From Candidatus Latescibacterota bacterium (GTDB lineage Bacteria; Latescibacterota; UBA2968; UBA8231), in NCBI GenBank assembly GCA_965242865.1, contig CBDETK010000013.1, forward strand, positions 5,280,001 through 5,344,000: DNA of 64,000 nucleotides, in the 5' to 3' direction. The notes beneath the pieces are model-generated. The model saw only the letters and a program-made list of their open reading frames with translations, ran no database searches and was not told the origin of the DNA. The translations under genes and the position numbers were made by a program. Positions 37,207 through 47,068 of the stretch are shown piece by piece. Each line of letters opens with the position of its first letter. Within the stretch, counting starts at the first letter, position 1.

Positions 37207-38206
37207 TCATTGAACGAGCAGCATCTTGCGGGTGGCCTGCTGCCCCCCGGCGTCTAGCCGCGCAATATACACCCCACTGCTGACGACTTGGCCGTGAGCA
37301 TCGCGCCCATCCCAAGCCGTCTGATAGGTTCCCGCCGGCCGCATGCCTTCTACCAAAGTAGCTACCAACTGGCCGTGGGTGTTGAACACTTGCAGCGACA
37401 CCGCCGATAGCTGCTGGAGAGTAAAGCCGATGTGCGTGGCGTGATTGAAGGGATTGGGGTAATCAACCAAACGCGACCTTGGCTGTCAGAGAAGATCATC
37501 CCGAAACGGCCCAAGTACGACGTCCACCGCGTCCCATCAAAGGAGAGCAAGCTACTCCATGTCCGTTCCCCGAAGTCGTCCACGAGCACGTCAAACTCAA
37601 GAACCGCCCAGAGTGTGCCGGATCGATCCACCGCGATGTTGGTAACTCGGACGTGATCAAAAGTGCCCTGTATCGGATGGAACACTGGTTCTAGTTCTAT
37701 AGGGTGCCACCAAGCCTGCCCGTCAAAACGCGATTGCTGGTTGGTCGCGTAGGTCCACCAAGGCTCGCTATCAACGATCCCCATATCAAGGTCGTCTACC
37801 GCTGGCCATCGAACCGGCTCAAACCCGTTGAAGTCCCCACCCACACATTGCCCGACGGGTCTGCCGCCAAGGCCGAAATCTCTCCAGTCGCATAGCTGAT
37901 CGTCGATTGTCCACCCGCACTGTCCCGGACGACGACCTCCACCACCGTCAGCCGTGTACCCGTGCCCGTGCCGATCACGGCCGAGACCGGGGCCTCCATC
38001 GGACTGGGTAGCCCCACACCTACCACCAGCGGCGTACTGAGCAGCCGCTGCTGCGAGCCATCCGGCGTGTACAGGGTCACCTGCTGGGTTTCTTGCCCCG
38101 AAAGCCCAATAGGCAACAACAGCAACAGCACCAAACAGCCGCTCGTCGGACCAGCGAGCCTCGGCCTAAATCGGATAGGAGATGAGGAAGGGCGTACACC
38201 ACTCAT
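37207..38206 (-). pseudogene. Fragmented secreted beta-propeller protein with FlgD-Ig/T9SS-like C-terminal domain
   Basis: Three frames: signal peptide plus LAADPSGNVWVGT..GLSRFDG (TAG at the expected W); IAVDRSGTLW..FDG..W; YPNPFN..WDGRD..G..VSSGVY...KMLLVQ. Confidence 0.7.
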
Positions 38207-38286
38207 AACACGACCTCCGTTACACGGGGAATGAGATACATACGTCCACTCAATACAGGACGGGTTAATAGAGCTGTCTTTTCTTA

Positions 38287-38403
38287 TATAGCAGTCCTAA
38301 ATGACTTGAAAGCATGGAATGTTCATCGGCCCTGTTTTTTGCCTACGAGTCGTCATTCCCGCGAACGCGGGAATCCAGTCTTGAAGGATGTAGGATTGCT
38401 ATA
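38287..38403. mobile_element. MITE (~117 bp) with 13-bp terminal inverted repeats and internal palindrome
   Basis: Begins TATAGCAGTCCTA and ends TAGGATTGCTATA; contains gtcattcccgcgaacgcgggaatcca. A second, partial copy is at 56574-56666. Confidence 0.85.
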
Positions 38404-38724
38404 CAAAGTGGTGCCCTCGGCCAATACCTGGGACGCGAATGAAGACGGAGCTTTTTGCCAATAGGCCAGTTCGGCGGGAGTGTACACGACAACATCCAAG
38501 GGACAATCAATGTCTTCGAGTAGGCGGCGCGTTTCAAGGGCGCGTTCCAACGGAGGCAAATCCGTCTGCCAGACGACGAGTAAATCCAAATCGCTGTCCC
38601 ATTGGCTACGACCCGTAGCATGAGAACCGAATAGAACGATCCGCTCAAAGGGGTAGGCGCGGACGAGAGCCTCTACGACGAGATCGAGCGTTTGGTTGGT
38701 CTTTTTGATCGGCTCTGGGGTCAT
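38353..38724 (-). CDS. MNT-type nucleotidyltransferase, orphan; C-terminus derived from the MITE
   Basis: IVLFGSHATG..DSDLDLLVV, PLDVVVYTP.E, EG..LY; the tail YSNPTSFKTGFPRSRE is encoded by the MITE. Confidence 0.8.
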   Translation of the reverse strand: MTPEPIKKTNQTLDLVVEALVRAYPFERIVLFGSHATGRSQWDSDLDLLVVWQTDLPPLERALETRRLLEDIDCPLDVVVYTPAELAYWQKAPSSFASQVLAEGTTLYSNPTSFKTGFPRSRE

Positions 38725-38765
38725 AGTGTGCAATCTAAAGAAGCAACCTATTAAATCCAAACTCC

Positions 38766-40715
38766 TCACCCGTGCAGAATCGGATGCCCGTTGCCGGTAA
38801 AAAACGCCACGTCAACGAGAAAAGAGAGGCCGACGCCGAGAAAGTAGCCGACGATTAGGCCGATGAAAAACGGCGCGGCTTTGCGGTATAGCTCAATGCC
38901 GCCAAAGCGCATGATCAAGCTCTTGGCCGCCCACGCCACAAAAATCGCCGCGGCTTGGTTCCGCACCATCCAAACCGCAGAGATGGCCAAGCCCACCGGA
39001 TGCAGGGGCCACCACGGGAAGCGATACTGCATAAACGTCAAAACCGCCATAGCCACCGCGCCAATGCCAAAAAAGCCCAACTTTTGCGCGTGCAAGTCGG
39101 CCGGAGTTTTGATTTTGGCCATCACGTCGCCAAAGGCCATCACGCCCGCGCCAGAGGAAACGCGAAAAATCCACGAGTTGAAGTTGGAAGCCCCCTGCTC
39201 GTAGGCCATGGCGATGAGATTGGTCAGGGAAATTGCGAAGGATAGGACCACGGCCAAGGCAATGGCCAAGACAAAGCCGCGGCGGGCAATGCGCCGGCTG
39301 TGCTGTAGCTTGGCGGCGTGCGCGGCCGAGGGCATGAAGATGGACTGCACGTCGCCAAAAAAGGAATAAGTCAGCCCCAAGGCCGCCAAACCCGTCGGCG
39401 AAATGGCACTAGTGCCCAGCGTCATCATCGTCATGGCCTGACTGACGACCGGCGTGGTGAGGTAGAACGCGCCCGTTTGGACCACCAAGCGCGTAATGCC
39501 CAAATAGGCGATGAGGACGCCGGCTAAAAAGAACGCGGCCACCGACCATTCCATACCGGCTTTGTGCAGCCAAGCGAGCATGTAGAGCGTGCCCAGCAAA
39601 AGGCCCAGCACGGCGGCGCGATAGGACATTAGCTCGCCGCGGTCGTCAATCGGGTAGGCTGGGTTCCACGCCTTGCGGAACACATCCTTGAGGTGGTCGC
39701 GCGCCATCCACAGCCCCCACAGCACCAGCACCACAAACGCCCCCCAGCACTGCCACGACGTCGAAGGCAGCCCCCAAACGAACTTATCCGCGTCGGTGAC
39801 GCCGAGGCCAAAGCGATTGAACAACCCCTCCTCGAGCAGCGTCAGCAAAAAGAAGAACCAGATACTGAAGGTGACGTTGAGGTTGGCGAAGTACATGAAG
39901 CCGACGACCGGGAAGTAGAAGCGAATGTTGATGGTCGGAAAGCCGGGCGCGATTTGGATGGGGTGCTGCCACGCGATCGCGGGGAAAAAGTGAAAGAAAA
40001 AGCCGACGATGTTCCACAACACGATGCCCAGCGGCAGGGCCGCACCCGCCCAGAAGGCTTTGCGGTACAGGATCGCTGGCAGCCGGCGGTCGGCATCGGC
40101 GACGAGGGCTTGCGGCACCTCCATCAGGGGGTAGGCCAATCGCTCGCGCTCGACCCACTGCTTGCGCAGGATGACCACCACACAGAAGCAGACCCAGTAC
40201 AAAGTCCACAGAAAGCTCAACCACCAAAACAGCGGCATGGCCCAAGCGGCCAGCAAGGTGCCCCAAGGCGTGGGTTCGCCGAGGGGCAGCCCCTCGAAAA
40301 ACCAAGTCATGGCCAACCCGTCGTTGGATGGCAGCAGCCAAGCGGGCAGGTAGGGCAGCACGTAAGTGCCCCATTGATTCTCTGCAGACGCAAAGTAGTA
40401 GGGAGTCGTCGGGATCGCGAGGAAGTAGCCGATGAGGAACACCGGGATGCCCGTACAGACCAACCCCATGACGACGACCGTGATCATTTCGGCTGGGCGC
40501 AGGGCCCAGTTGGGCTGGACGGTCTTGAGCAGGGCGTTGGCGAAGATCAGGGCGACAAAGAGAAACCCCACCCCAATCGGAAAGAAGGACCAAGTCATCT
40601 CGGACGACCCAAAGGTCCAAATCGAGTGCGGCCCCCCCAAGCTGATCAACGCCACCACGGCGCAGCCCACGAGCACGGACCGCCCGGTGACGCCGGTTGC
40701 CGGATGGCTCGACAC
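38766..40715 (-). CDS. Polytopic membrane protein, DUF6785/DUF6784-like (putative transporter), paralog A
   Basis: RKQWVERERLAYPL, FPWWPLHPVG, RFGG..LYRKA.PFFIGLI; many TM helices. Confidence 0.7.
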   Translation of the reverse strand: MSSHPATGVTGRSVLVGCAVVALISLGGPHSIWTFGSSEMTWSFFPIGVGFLFVALIFANALLKTVQPNWALRPAEMITVVVMGLVCTGIPVFLIGYFLAIPTTPYYFASAENQWGTYVLPYLPAWLLPSNDGLAMTWFFEGLPLGEPTPWGTLLAAWAMPLFWWLSFLWTLYWVCFCVVVILRKQWVERERLAYPLMEVPQALVADADRRLPAILYRKAFWAGAALPLGIVLWNIVGFFFHFFPAIAWQHPIQIAPGFPTINIRFYFPVVGFMYFANLNVTFSIWFFFLLTLLEEGLFNRFGLGVTDADKFVWGLPSTSWQCWGAFVVLVLWGLWMARDHLKDVFRKAWNPAYPIDDRGELMSYRAAVLGLLLGTLYMLAWLHKAGMEWSVAAFFLAGVLIAYLGITRLVVQTGAFYLTTPVVSQAMTMMTLGTSAISPTGLAALGLTYSFFGDVQSIFMPSAAHAAKLQHSRRIARRGFVLAIALAVVLSFAISLTNLIAMAYEQGASNFNSWIFRVSSGAGVMAFGDVMAKIKTPADLHAQKLGFFGIGAVAMAVLTFMQYRFPWWPLHPVGLAISAVWMVRNQAAAIFVAWAAKSLIMRFGGIELYRKAAPFFIGLIVGYFLGVGLSFLVDVAFFTGNGHPILHG

Positions 40716-40721
40716 GCGGCC

Positions 40722-42719
40722 TCAGCCGTGCAGGATGGGGTGGCCGTTGCCGGGGAAGAACACCATATCGACGATAAACGAGATCCCCACGCCAAAGAAG
40801 TGCCCGAGAATCAGGCCGATGAAAAACGGCGCGGCCTTGCGGTATAGCTCAATGCCGCCAAAGCGCATGATCAGGCTCTTGGCCGCCCACGCCACAAAAA
40901 TCGCCGGGGCTTGGTTCCGCACCATCCAGATCGCGGAAATGGCCAAGCCCACCGGATGCAAAGGCCACCACGGGAAGCGATACTGCATAAACGTCAAAAC
41001 CGCCATGGCCGCGGCGCCAATGCCGAAAAAGCCCAACTTTTGCGCGTGGAAATCGGCCGGGGTTTTTATCTTGGTCAGCGCGTCGTCAAAGGAGCGCACG
41101 CCCGCGCCCGAGGAGACGCGGAAAAACCAAGAGTTGAAGTTGGACGCTCCCTGCTCGTAGGCCATGGCAATGACGTACACAATGGCCGCGACAAAGCCGA
41201 CCACTAGGGCCAGCGCAATGGCCAAGCACAAGCCGCGGCGGCTCATGCGCATGGCGTCGTGCAGGCGGGCGGCATGGGCGGCCGACGGCATGAAAATAGA
41301 CTGCACGTCGCTGAAGAACCCATAGCTCATCCCCAAGGCCGCCAAACCCGTCGGCGAAATCGCACTCGTGCCAAAGGTCATCATGGTCATGGCTTGGCTG
41401 ACTACGGGCGTCGTCAGGTAAAAGACGCCGGCCTGCACCACCAAGCGGGTGATGCCCAAGTAGGCAATGAGCACGCCGCCCAAGAAAACCGCGGCCACCG
41501 ACCATTCCATGCCGGCTTTGTTGAGCCACGCCAGCATATAGACGACCCCGACCACTAGGCCGACGACCGCGCTGCGATAGGACATTAGCTCGCGGCTGTC
41601 GTCAACCGGATGGGCGGGATTCCACGCTTTGCGCGCCACGTCCTTGAGGTGATCGCGCGCCATCCACAGCCCCCACAGCACCAGCACCACAAACGCTCCC
41701 CAGCACTGCCAAGACGTCGAGGGCAAGCCCCACACGAAGTTGTCCGCCTCGGTGACGCCCACGCCAAAGCGGTTGAACAGCCCCTCTTCGACCAGCAGCA
41801 ACAAAAAGAAGAACCAGATACTGAAGGTGACGTTGAGGTTGGCGAAGTACATGAAGCCGACGACCGGGAAGTAGAAGCGAATGTTGATCGCGGGAAAGCC
41901 GTGCGCGATTTGGATCGGATGGTTCCATTCGATCGTGGGAAAAAAGTGGAAGAAAAAGCCGACGATGTTCCACAACACAATGCACAAGGGAATCGCCGCT
42001 CCCAGCCAAAACACCTTGTTGCGCAAGACGGCCGGCACCCGCGCCGGGCCATCGGCGTCCGCCACCAAGGCTTGCGGCACCTCCATCAGGGGATAGGCCA
42101 GCCGCTCGCGCTCGACCCACTGCTTGCGCAAGATGACGACCCAGCAAAAACACACCGCGTACAAGGTCCATATAAAGCTCAGCCACCAAAACAGCGGCAT
42201 GGCCCACGCATCGAGCAAGGTGCCCCAAGGCATCGGCTCCCCCAAGGGCAGCCCCTCAAAGAACCAAGTCATGGCTAACCCGTCGTTGCTCGGCAACAGC
42301 CACGTCGGCAGGTAAGGCAACACGTAGGTTGCCCACTGGTTTTCAGCGGAGGCAAAGTAGTAGGGCGTGGTGGGAATCGACAGCACGTAGCCCATCATGA
42401 AGATGGGGATGCCGGTCGTCACCAAGCCCATGACCACGACCGTGATCATCTCGGCCGGCCGCAAGGCCCAGCCCGGATGGATCGTCTTGAGCAGGATGTT
42501 GAGCAGGATGAGGCAGCAGAACGAAAAGCCGACCGCAATCGGAAAGAACGACCACGTGATTTCGGACGACCCCAAGACCCAAATGGCGTAGGGCGCGCCC
42601 AAACACACCACTAGGACTTGGACGACGCCGAGCACCAATGAGCGGAGCGTGAGGCCGCTGGCCGCGCCTTGGCGCGTAGGTGTTTCTCGCTGGGTACGGG
42701 CCGCAGTCGGCGACGTCAT
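40722..42719 (-). CDS. Polytopic membrane protein, DUF6785/DUF6784-like, paralog B
   Basis: Collinear with paralog A and highly similar to it. Confidence 0.7.
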   Translation of the reverse strand: MTSPTAARTQRETPTRQGAASGLTLRSLVLGVVQVLVVCLGAPYAIWVLGSSEITWSFFPIAVGFSFCCLILLNILLKTIHPGWALRPAEMITVVVMGLVTTGIPIFMMGYVLSIPTTPYYFASAENQWATYVLPYLPTWLLPSNDGLAMTWFFEGLPLGEPMPWGTLLDAWAMPLFWWLSFIWTLYAVCFCWVVILRKQWVERERLAYPLMEVPQALVADADGPARVPAVLRNKVFWLGAAIPLCIVLWNIVGFFFHFFPTIEWNHPIQIAHGFPAINIRFYFPVVGFMYFANLNVTFSIWFFFLLLLVEEGLFNRFGVGVTEADNFVWGLPSTSWQCWGAFVVLVLWGLWMARDHLKDVARKAWNPAHPVDDSRELMSYRSAVVGLVVGVVYMLAWLNKAGMEWSVAAVFLGGVLIAYLGITRLVVQAGVFYLTTPVVSQAMTMMTFGTSAISPTGLAALGMSYGFFSDVQSIFMPSAAHAARLHDAMRMSRRGLCLAIALALVVGFVAAIVYVIAMAYEQGASNFNSWFFRVSSGAGVRSFDDALTKIKTPADFHAQKLGFFGIGAAAMAVLTFMQYRFPWWPLHPVGLAISAIWMVRNQAPAIFVAWAAKSLIMRFGGIELYRKAAPFFIGLILGHFFGVGISFIVDMVFFPGNGHPILHG

Positions 42720-42720
42720 C

Positions 42721-44319
42721 CTACAACCCGGCCGCGTGACGCCCGGCCGCCGGATCGCCGGCCGCGTAGTACGTGCCCGCGTCCGCCCACAGCATCACCG
42801 GCGTGGCGATCGGGCCTTTGCGGGCCTCGACTTGGTGCCCGCGCCGCGCCAGCTCGCCCCGGACCTGCGCGTCAACAGCCGCGCTGATGGCCAGCGAGCC
42901 TGCCTGAAGGAACGTCTGCTCGCGCACCGGGTTGGGATCAAACGAGTCCTCGTGGTGGTCCGTGGCAAAGCGCGGCGCGACGACCGCCTCGGCCGGTCGC
43001 ATCCCAAACTCCACAACGTCGAGCAAAACATTCAAGGTGGCCTGATCTTGCAGGTCGCCGCCGGCCACGCTGATGGCCAACACGGGCGCGCCATCTTTGA
43101 GCACCAGCGTAGGCGTCAGGGTGATGCGGGGCCGCTTGCCCGGCGCGATGCAGTTGGGGTGCCCGGCGGTTGTGTTGAGGCTGCGCAGGCGGTTGCCATA
43201 AGAGACGCCCGTGCTACCGCTGCCGCCCGCGTGATAGACATTCGCGCTCGGCGTGGCCGACACGACCATGCCCCAGCGGTCGGCCACCACGCACGTAGTT
43301 GTGCCGCCGACCCCGGGCCGGAACGCGCCCCCCTCCTGCACCGCCCTCATGCCGAGCGGGTCGCCGGGGCGGGCGTCCAGCGCCGCTCGGCCCATGTCGA
43401 TTAGGGGCCGCCGGAGCTGGGTGTAGTCGTCGGACAGCAGCGCGTCCATGGGCACATCTGCGAACAGGGGGTCGCCGTAGTGTGCGTCGCGGTCGGCCAA
43501 GGCCAGCTTCATGGCTTCGACCACCGCGTGGACGTAGTCGGCCGAGCAATGCCCCATGCTTTTGAGATCAAACCCTTCGAGCAGGCGCAGCGCTTGGCAC
43601 AGATAAGGGCCTTGGGTCCACGGGCCGCACTTGTACACTTGGTAGCCCCGGTAATCGACCGCCACCGGCTCTTCGATCAAGGTCTTATGGGCGGCCAAGT
43701 CCGCCCGGCGCAAGAACCCGCCCTGCTCCACGTAAAACGCCTCTAGGTCTTCGGCTACATCGCCGCGGTCAGCACTGCGACCGTAGAAGTGATCGCTGGC
43801 CGCTTGCAGCTTCTCCACGCGATTGCCCGCCGCCCGGTGCTCTTGCTCAACCAAGCGTCGCAGCGTCCGCGCCAAGCGGGGGTGCCACGCCTCCTCGCCT
43901 TGGTCGAGCAGGGCCAAGGTCGGCGCGACAATCTCGGCAAAGCTCTGCGTACCGTAGTGCTGCAACAGGGTAATGCACAAATCCACGACCGCGGGCACCG
44001 GGGCCATCTTGATGTCGTGGTTCGGGATGCCGTGCTCCAAGTACCAAGCAATGGCGGCTGGCGATCGCGGCGCCCGCCCTTGGCCGGACAGCGACTTGAC
44101 TGTGTGCCCGTCCCATATAAGCACCGGCACTTCCCCGCCGATGGAGCAATCCCCGTGGTCGGTGACGTTGAGCGCGAGGATCGCGCCGGCCGTGGCGTCG
44201 GCCGCATTGCCGCCGTGGCCGAGGATTTCAAGGCCCGCGGCTACCGCCCCGGCACCACCGGCCGCAATGACGCCGGTCTTGCTCTCGGCGTGCCAGCCGA
44301 TCTGATTTACCCTAGTCAT
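42721..44319 (-). CDS. ggt: Gamma-glutamyltransferase family Ntn-hydrolase
   Basis: GGNAADA, IGGE, GTTTCVVADRWG (Thr nucleophile), PGKRPRITLTP, GGD.Q.Q, APRF. Confidence 0.85.
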   Translation of the reverse strand: MTRVNQIGWHAESKTGVIAAGGAGAVAAGLEILGHGGNAADATAGAILALNVTDHGDCSIGGEVPVLIWDGHTVKSLSGQGRAPRSPAAIAWYLEHGIPNHDIKMAPVPAVVDLCITLLQHYGTQSFAEIVAPTLALLDQGEEAWHPRLARTLRRLVEQEHRAAGNRVEKLQAASDHFYGRSADRGDVAEDLEAFYVEQGGFLRRADLAAHKTLIEEPVAVDYRGYQVYKCGPWTQGPYLCQALRLLEGFDLKSMGHCSADYVHAVVEAMKLALADRDAHYGDPLFADVPMDALLSDDYTQLRRPLIDMGRAALDARPGDPLGMRAVQEGGAFRPGVGGTTTCVVADRWGMVVSATPSANVYHAGGSGSTGVSYGNRLRSLNTTAGHPNCIAPGKRPRITLTPTLVLKDGAPVLAISVAGGDLQDQATLNVLLDVVEFGMRPAEAVVAPRFATDHHEDSFDPNPVREQTFLQAGSLAISAAVDAQVRGELARRGHQVEARKGPIATPVMLWADAGTYYAAGDPAAGRHAAGL

Positions 44320-44429
44320 CTGTTTCTCCTTGTCAAAAAAAGATAGGCCGCGTTTAATATCGCTTTGCGAGGGCGGTCTGTCGAGATGGCGGTGGGGGCG
44401 CGATACTCTTTATCCCAAGAGGATACCCG

Positions 44430-46208
44430 ATGAAACTGCTACATTACCTAGAGCTCCAAAACTTCAAGTGTTTTGGCGACGCGCAGCGCATCGCGCTGGA
44501 TCATCCGTCCGTGCTCATCGGCCCCAACAACTGCGGCAAGACAACCGCCATACAGGCCATCGCACTCTGGTCACAGGCCGTCAAGACCTGGTTAGACAGC
44601 AAGGGAAAAGCACCGCCCAAGGGGCGGACATCGACCGCAATTAACCGGCTCAACATCGTCTCGGTCCCCGTGCAGCGTACGCGCTACTTCTGGCACAACA
44701 TGGCCGTACGCACCGGCAACCGCGACATCTATTTTCAAATTACGCTGGGCGTCTTATACGAGCGTAACGTCGAGCCTGTCACTATGCGATTTCGCAATCA
44801 GGGCAACGAGTTGGTGTACTGCACACCGGACGAGGCGACCCTCGCACGGCCCGAACTCATCGAAACGGCAGCCGGATTCAATGTTAAGTTGCTATATCCA
44901 ATGTCGGGCCTCGACACCGAAGAAGCCGTTTTACAGCCCGGGCGCATCGATGTATTGCTCGGTCAGGGCCAAACGGCGCAAGTGCTCCGCAACCTCTGCC
45001 TAATCGTCTGCCAAAACGCGCCCGAAGATTGGCAAAAGATCGTCGATCTAATGAAGCGTTTGTTCTCAGTCGATCTCGGCAATCCGCAGGAGACCTCGCG
45101 GGGCAGCATTGACCTCTTCTATCGGCAGCCTCACGTCAAGGATCGGTTGGACCTGTCGCTCGTGGGACGCGGATTCCAGCAGATGCTCCTGATCGTTGCG
45201 TACCTGTATTCAGGTCGGCGTACCGTCCTCCTAATCGACGAGCCCGACGCGCACCTCGAAATCCTGCGCCAAAAACAGATCTACGTGTTGTTGCGCGAAA
45301 TCGCCGTTGAGCGCGAGTCGCAGATCATCCTCGCCACCCATTCGGAGGTCGTCTTAGAGGAAGCACGCGATCACAACCTCATCCTGCTGTTGCCGGGACG
45401 AGCCGACGATCTCGCGGCAAAGCAAGACATCCTCAACGCGCTCAAACACTACGGGACCGAACATTACATTCGGGCACGGCAGCGGGGCTACGTGCTCTAC
45501 GTGGAAGGAAGCACAGATGCCGACATCCTGCGGGCGTTGGCAAAGCAACTGAATCACGCGGCAGAAAGCGTTTGGGACGAGCGCGTCAACGCATTCTATG
45601 TGAAAAACACCTTCCCGACTGCCAGCTTGAACTCAGAACTCGAGCGCGTGGAAGGTGGCTTCGATGCGACGCCTAAGCAGCACTTCTTCGCTTTACAGCC
45701 CATGGTGCCCAACCTAAGAGGATTGGCGATCCTCGATAACGATGGTCATCAGCGGAAAGACTCGGATGATGGAGGGCTTCAGATCGCCTACTGGCGTCGC
45801 TATGAAGTGGAGAACTACTTTATCACGCCGGACGTATTGCGAAAGTACGTCGCCGAACAATACCAAGATCTACCGCTCTTTGACAAGACCGACGATGTCC
45901 TCAGCGCATTGATCCAAGAACGCGTTTTTGACGGTAGCCAAAGCGATTTCACTACCTGGCGCGATGCAAACGAGGGTGCCAAACGGCTCTTGTGGGAAGC
46001 GCGAACCGAGCGATTGAAGCTAAGCGACTTTGCCGAGGAGTTCTTTCGGCGGCTCGCGCAAAAGCTCGGCCACGCCATGTTGCTCAGAAAGGGTGAACTC
46101 CATCGCTTGGTCCACTTCGTCGATCCCGCCACAATCCCCCAAGAGGTGAGCGAAAAACTCGACTTGCTACAAAAACTCTTTGAGCAAGCGAACCGAGAGC
46201 CTGAGTGA
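44430..46208 (+). CDS. ABC-type ATPase fused to TOPRIM (OLD/PARIS-like)
   Basis: LQNFKCF, GPNNCGKTT, LLIDEPDAHL, ATHS, then YVEGSTD, LDND and YEVENY. Confidence 0.8.
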   Translation: MKLLHYLELQNFKCFGDAQRIALDHPSVLIGPNNCGKTTAIQAIALWSQAVKTWLDSKGKAPPKGRTSTAINRLNIVSVPVQRTRYFWHNMAVRTGNRDIYFQITLGVLYERNVEPVTMRFRNQGNELVYCTPDEATLARPELIETAAGFNVKLLYPMSGLDTEEAVLQPGRIDVLLGQGQTAQVLRNLCLIVCQNAPEDWQKIVDLMKRLFSVDLGNPQETSRGSIDLFYRQPHVKDRLDLSLVGRGFQQMLLIVAYLYSGRRTVLLIDEPDAHLEILRQKQIYVLLREIAVERESQIILATHSEVVLEEARDHNLILLLPGRADDLAAKQDILNALKHYGTEHYIRARQRGYVLYVEGSTDADILRALAKQLNHAAESVWDERVNAFYVKNTFPTASLNSELERVEGGFDATPKQHFFALQPMVPNLRGLAILDNDGHQRKDSDDGGLQIAYWRRYEVENYFITPDVLRKYVAEQYQDLPLFDKTDDVLSALIQERVFDGSQSDFTTWRDANEGAKRLLWEARTERLKLSDFAEEFFRRLAQKLGHAMLLRKGELHRLVHFVDPATIPQEVSEKLDLLQKLFEQANREPE

Positions 46209-46235
46209 GGAATAGCGCGTCCCCGTGCGATGGCC

Positions 46236-47057
46236 CTATTCGGCGAGCCGCCCAATCGGCTTGCGCGGGCCGACCAAGATCATCCGGCCCCAGGTGTTGT
46301 CGTCGTCGCCGTTGCCGTAGATCATGAAGTGGCCGCCATACGCACCGCCGTCCGGGTCGGTGTGGACGATTTCCATGCCGTATTCGTCGCCCACTTGCGG
46401 CGGCTGCCAGCGAGGGTCGCTTTGGCCAAAGGTCGGCACCATTTCGACGCGAGCTTCCAAGACGAAATCGGCCGCGCTCCGGCCCCAAGGATCCATGCGG
46501 ACGACGTAATCGCAAGCGGCCTCGGGGATCGGCTCTTCGAGGTAGCTTTGGCCGGGGGCTCCGTGCCGCCACCACGCGTTTCGCCGGGCTGGCTGGGGAT
46601 CGGCGATAAAGCAAAAGGCGTTGTCGCCTTGGCCGAAGCGCTCGTTGGCCCGGTCGCGCGGGCCTTCCATAAACCAGCAAATCGCATCCTTGAAATACCA
46701 GCGCTTGTCGGCCGGGTCGGGGTCGTCGAGATCGTTGACATTGTCCCAGACCTCGGCCCCTAAGTAGAAGTGGTGCGCGTCCCAAGCAATGTAGTAGCGG
46801 GCGCGCAAGTCGTCTTTGAGGGGCGGCTCGTCGCCGTGGTCCGTGAGGCGATTGCGCGCCCCGCGATCGAGGCGGTAGAAGCCGGCCTCGCTGATGCGGC
46901 GCATGTCCCAGACGCCGTCGTTGTGGGCGCGGTCCTTCCACTCGGCGAGATCGCCGTCAATCGTCGGCGCCGTCTCCAACAAGGGGACGTTGATGTTCAC
47001 GTCCGCATGCGCGGCCGAGGCCGCGAGCAACATCGCACAGATAGCAAAGGGCAGCAT
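46236..47057 (-). CDS. Secreted CBM9-like sugar-binding protein
   Basis: Signal peptide; APTIDGDLAEW, YIAWD..FYLGAEVWD, KDAI. Confidence 0.65.
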   Translation of the reverse strand: MLPFAICAMLLAASAAHADVNINVPLLETAPTIDGDLAEWKDRAHNDGVWDMRRISEAGFYRLDRGARNRLTDHGDEPPLKDDLRARYYIAWDAHHFYLGAEVWDNVNDLDDPDPADKRWYFKDAICWFMEGPRDRANERFGQGDNAFCFIADPQPARRNAWWRHGAPGQSYLEEPIPEAACDYVVRMDPWGRSAADFVLEARVEMVPTFGQSDPRWQPPQVGDEYGMEIVHTDPDGGAYGGHFMIYGNGDDDNTWGRMILVGPRKPIGRLAE

Positions 47058-47068
47058 GAGTAGTCTCC

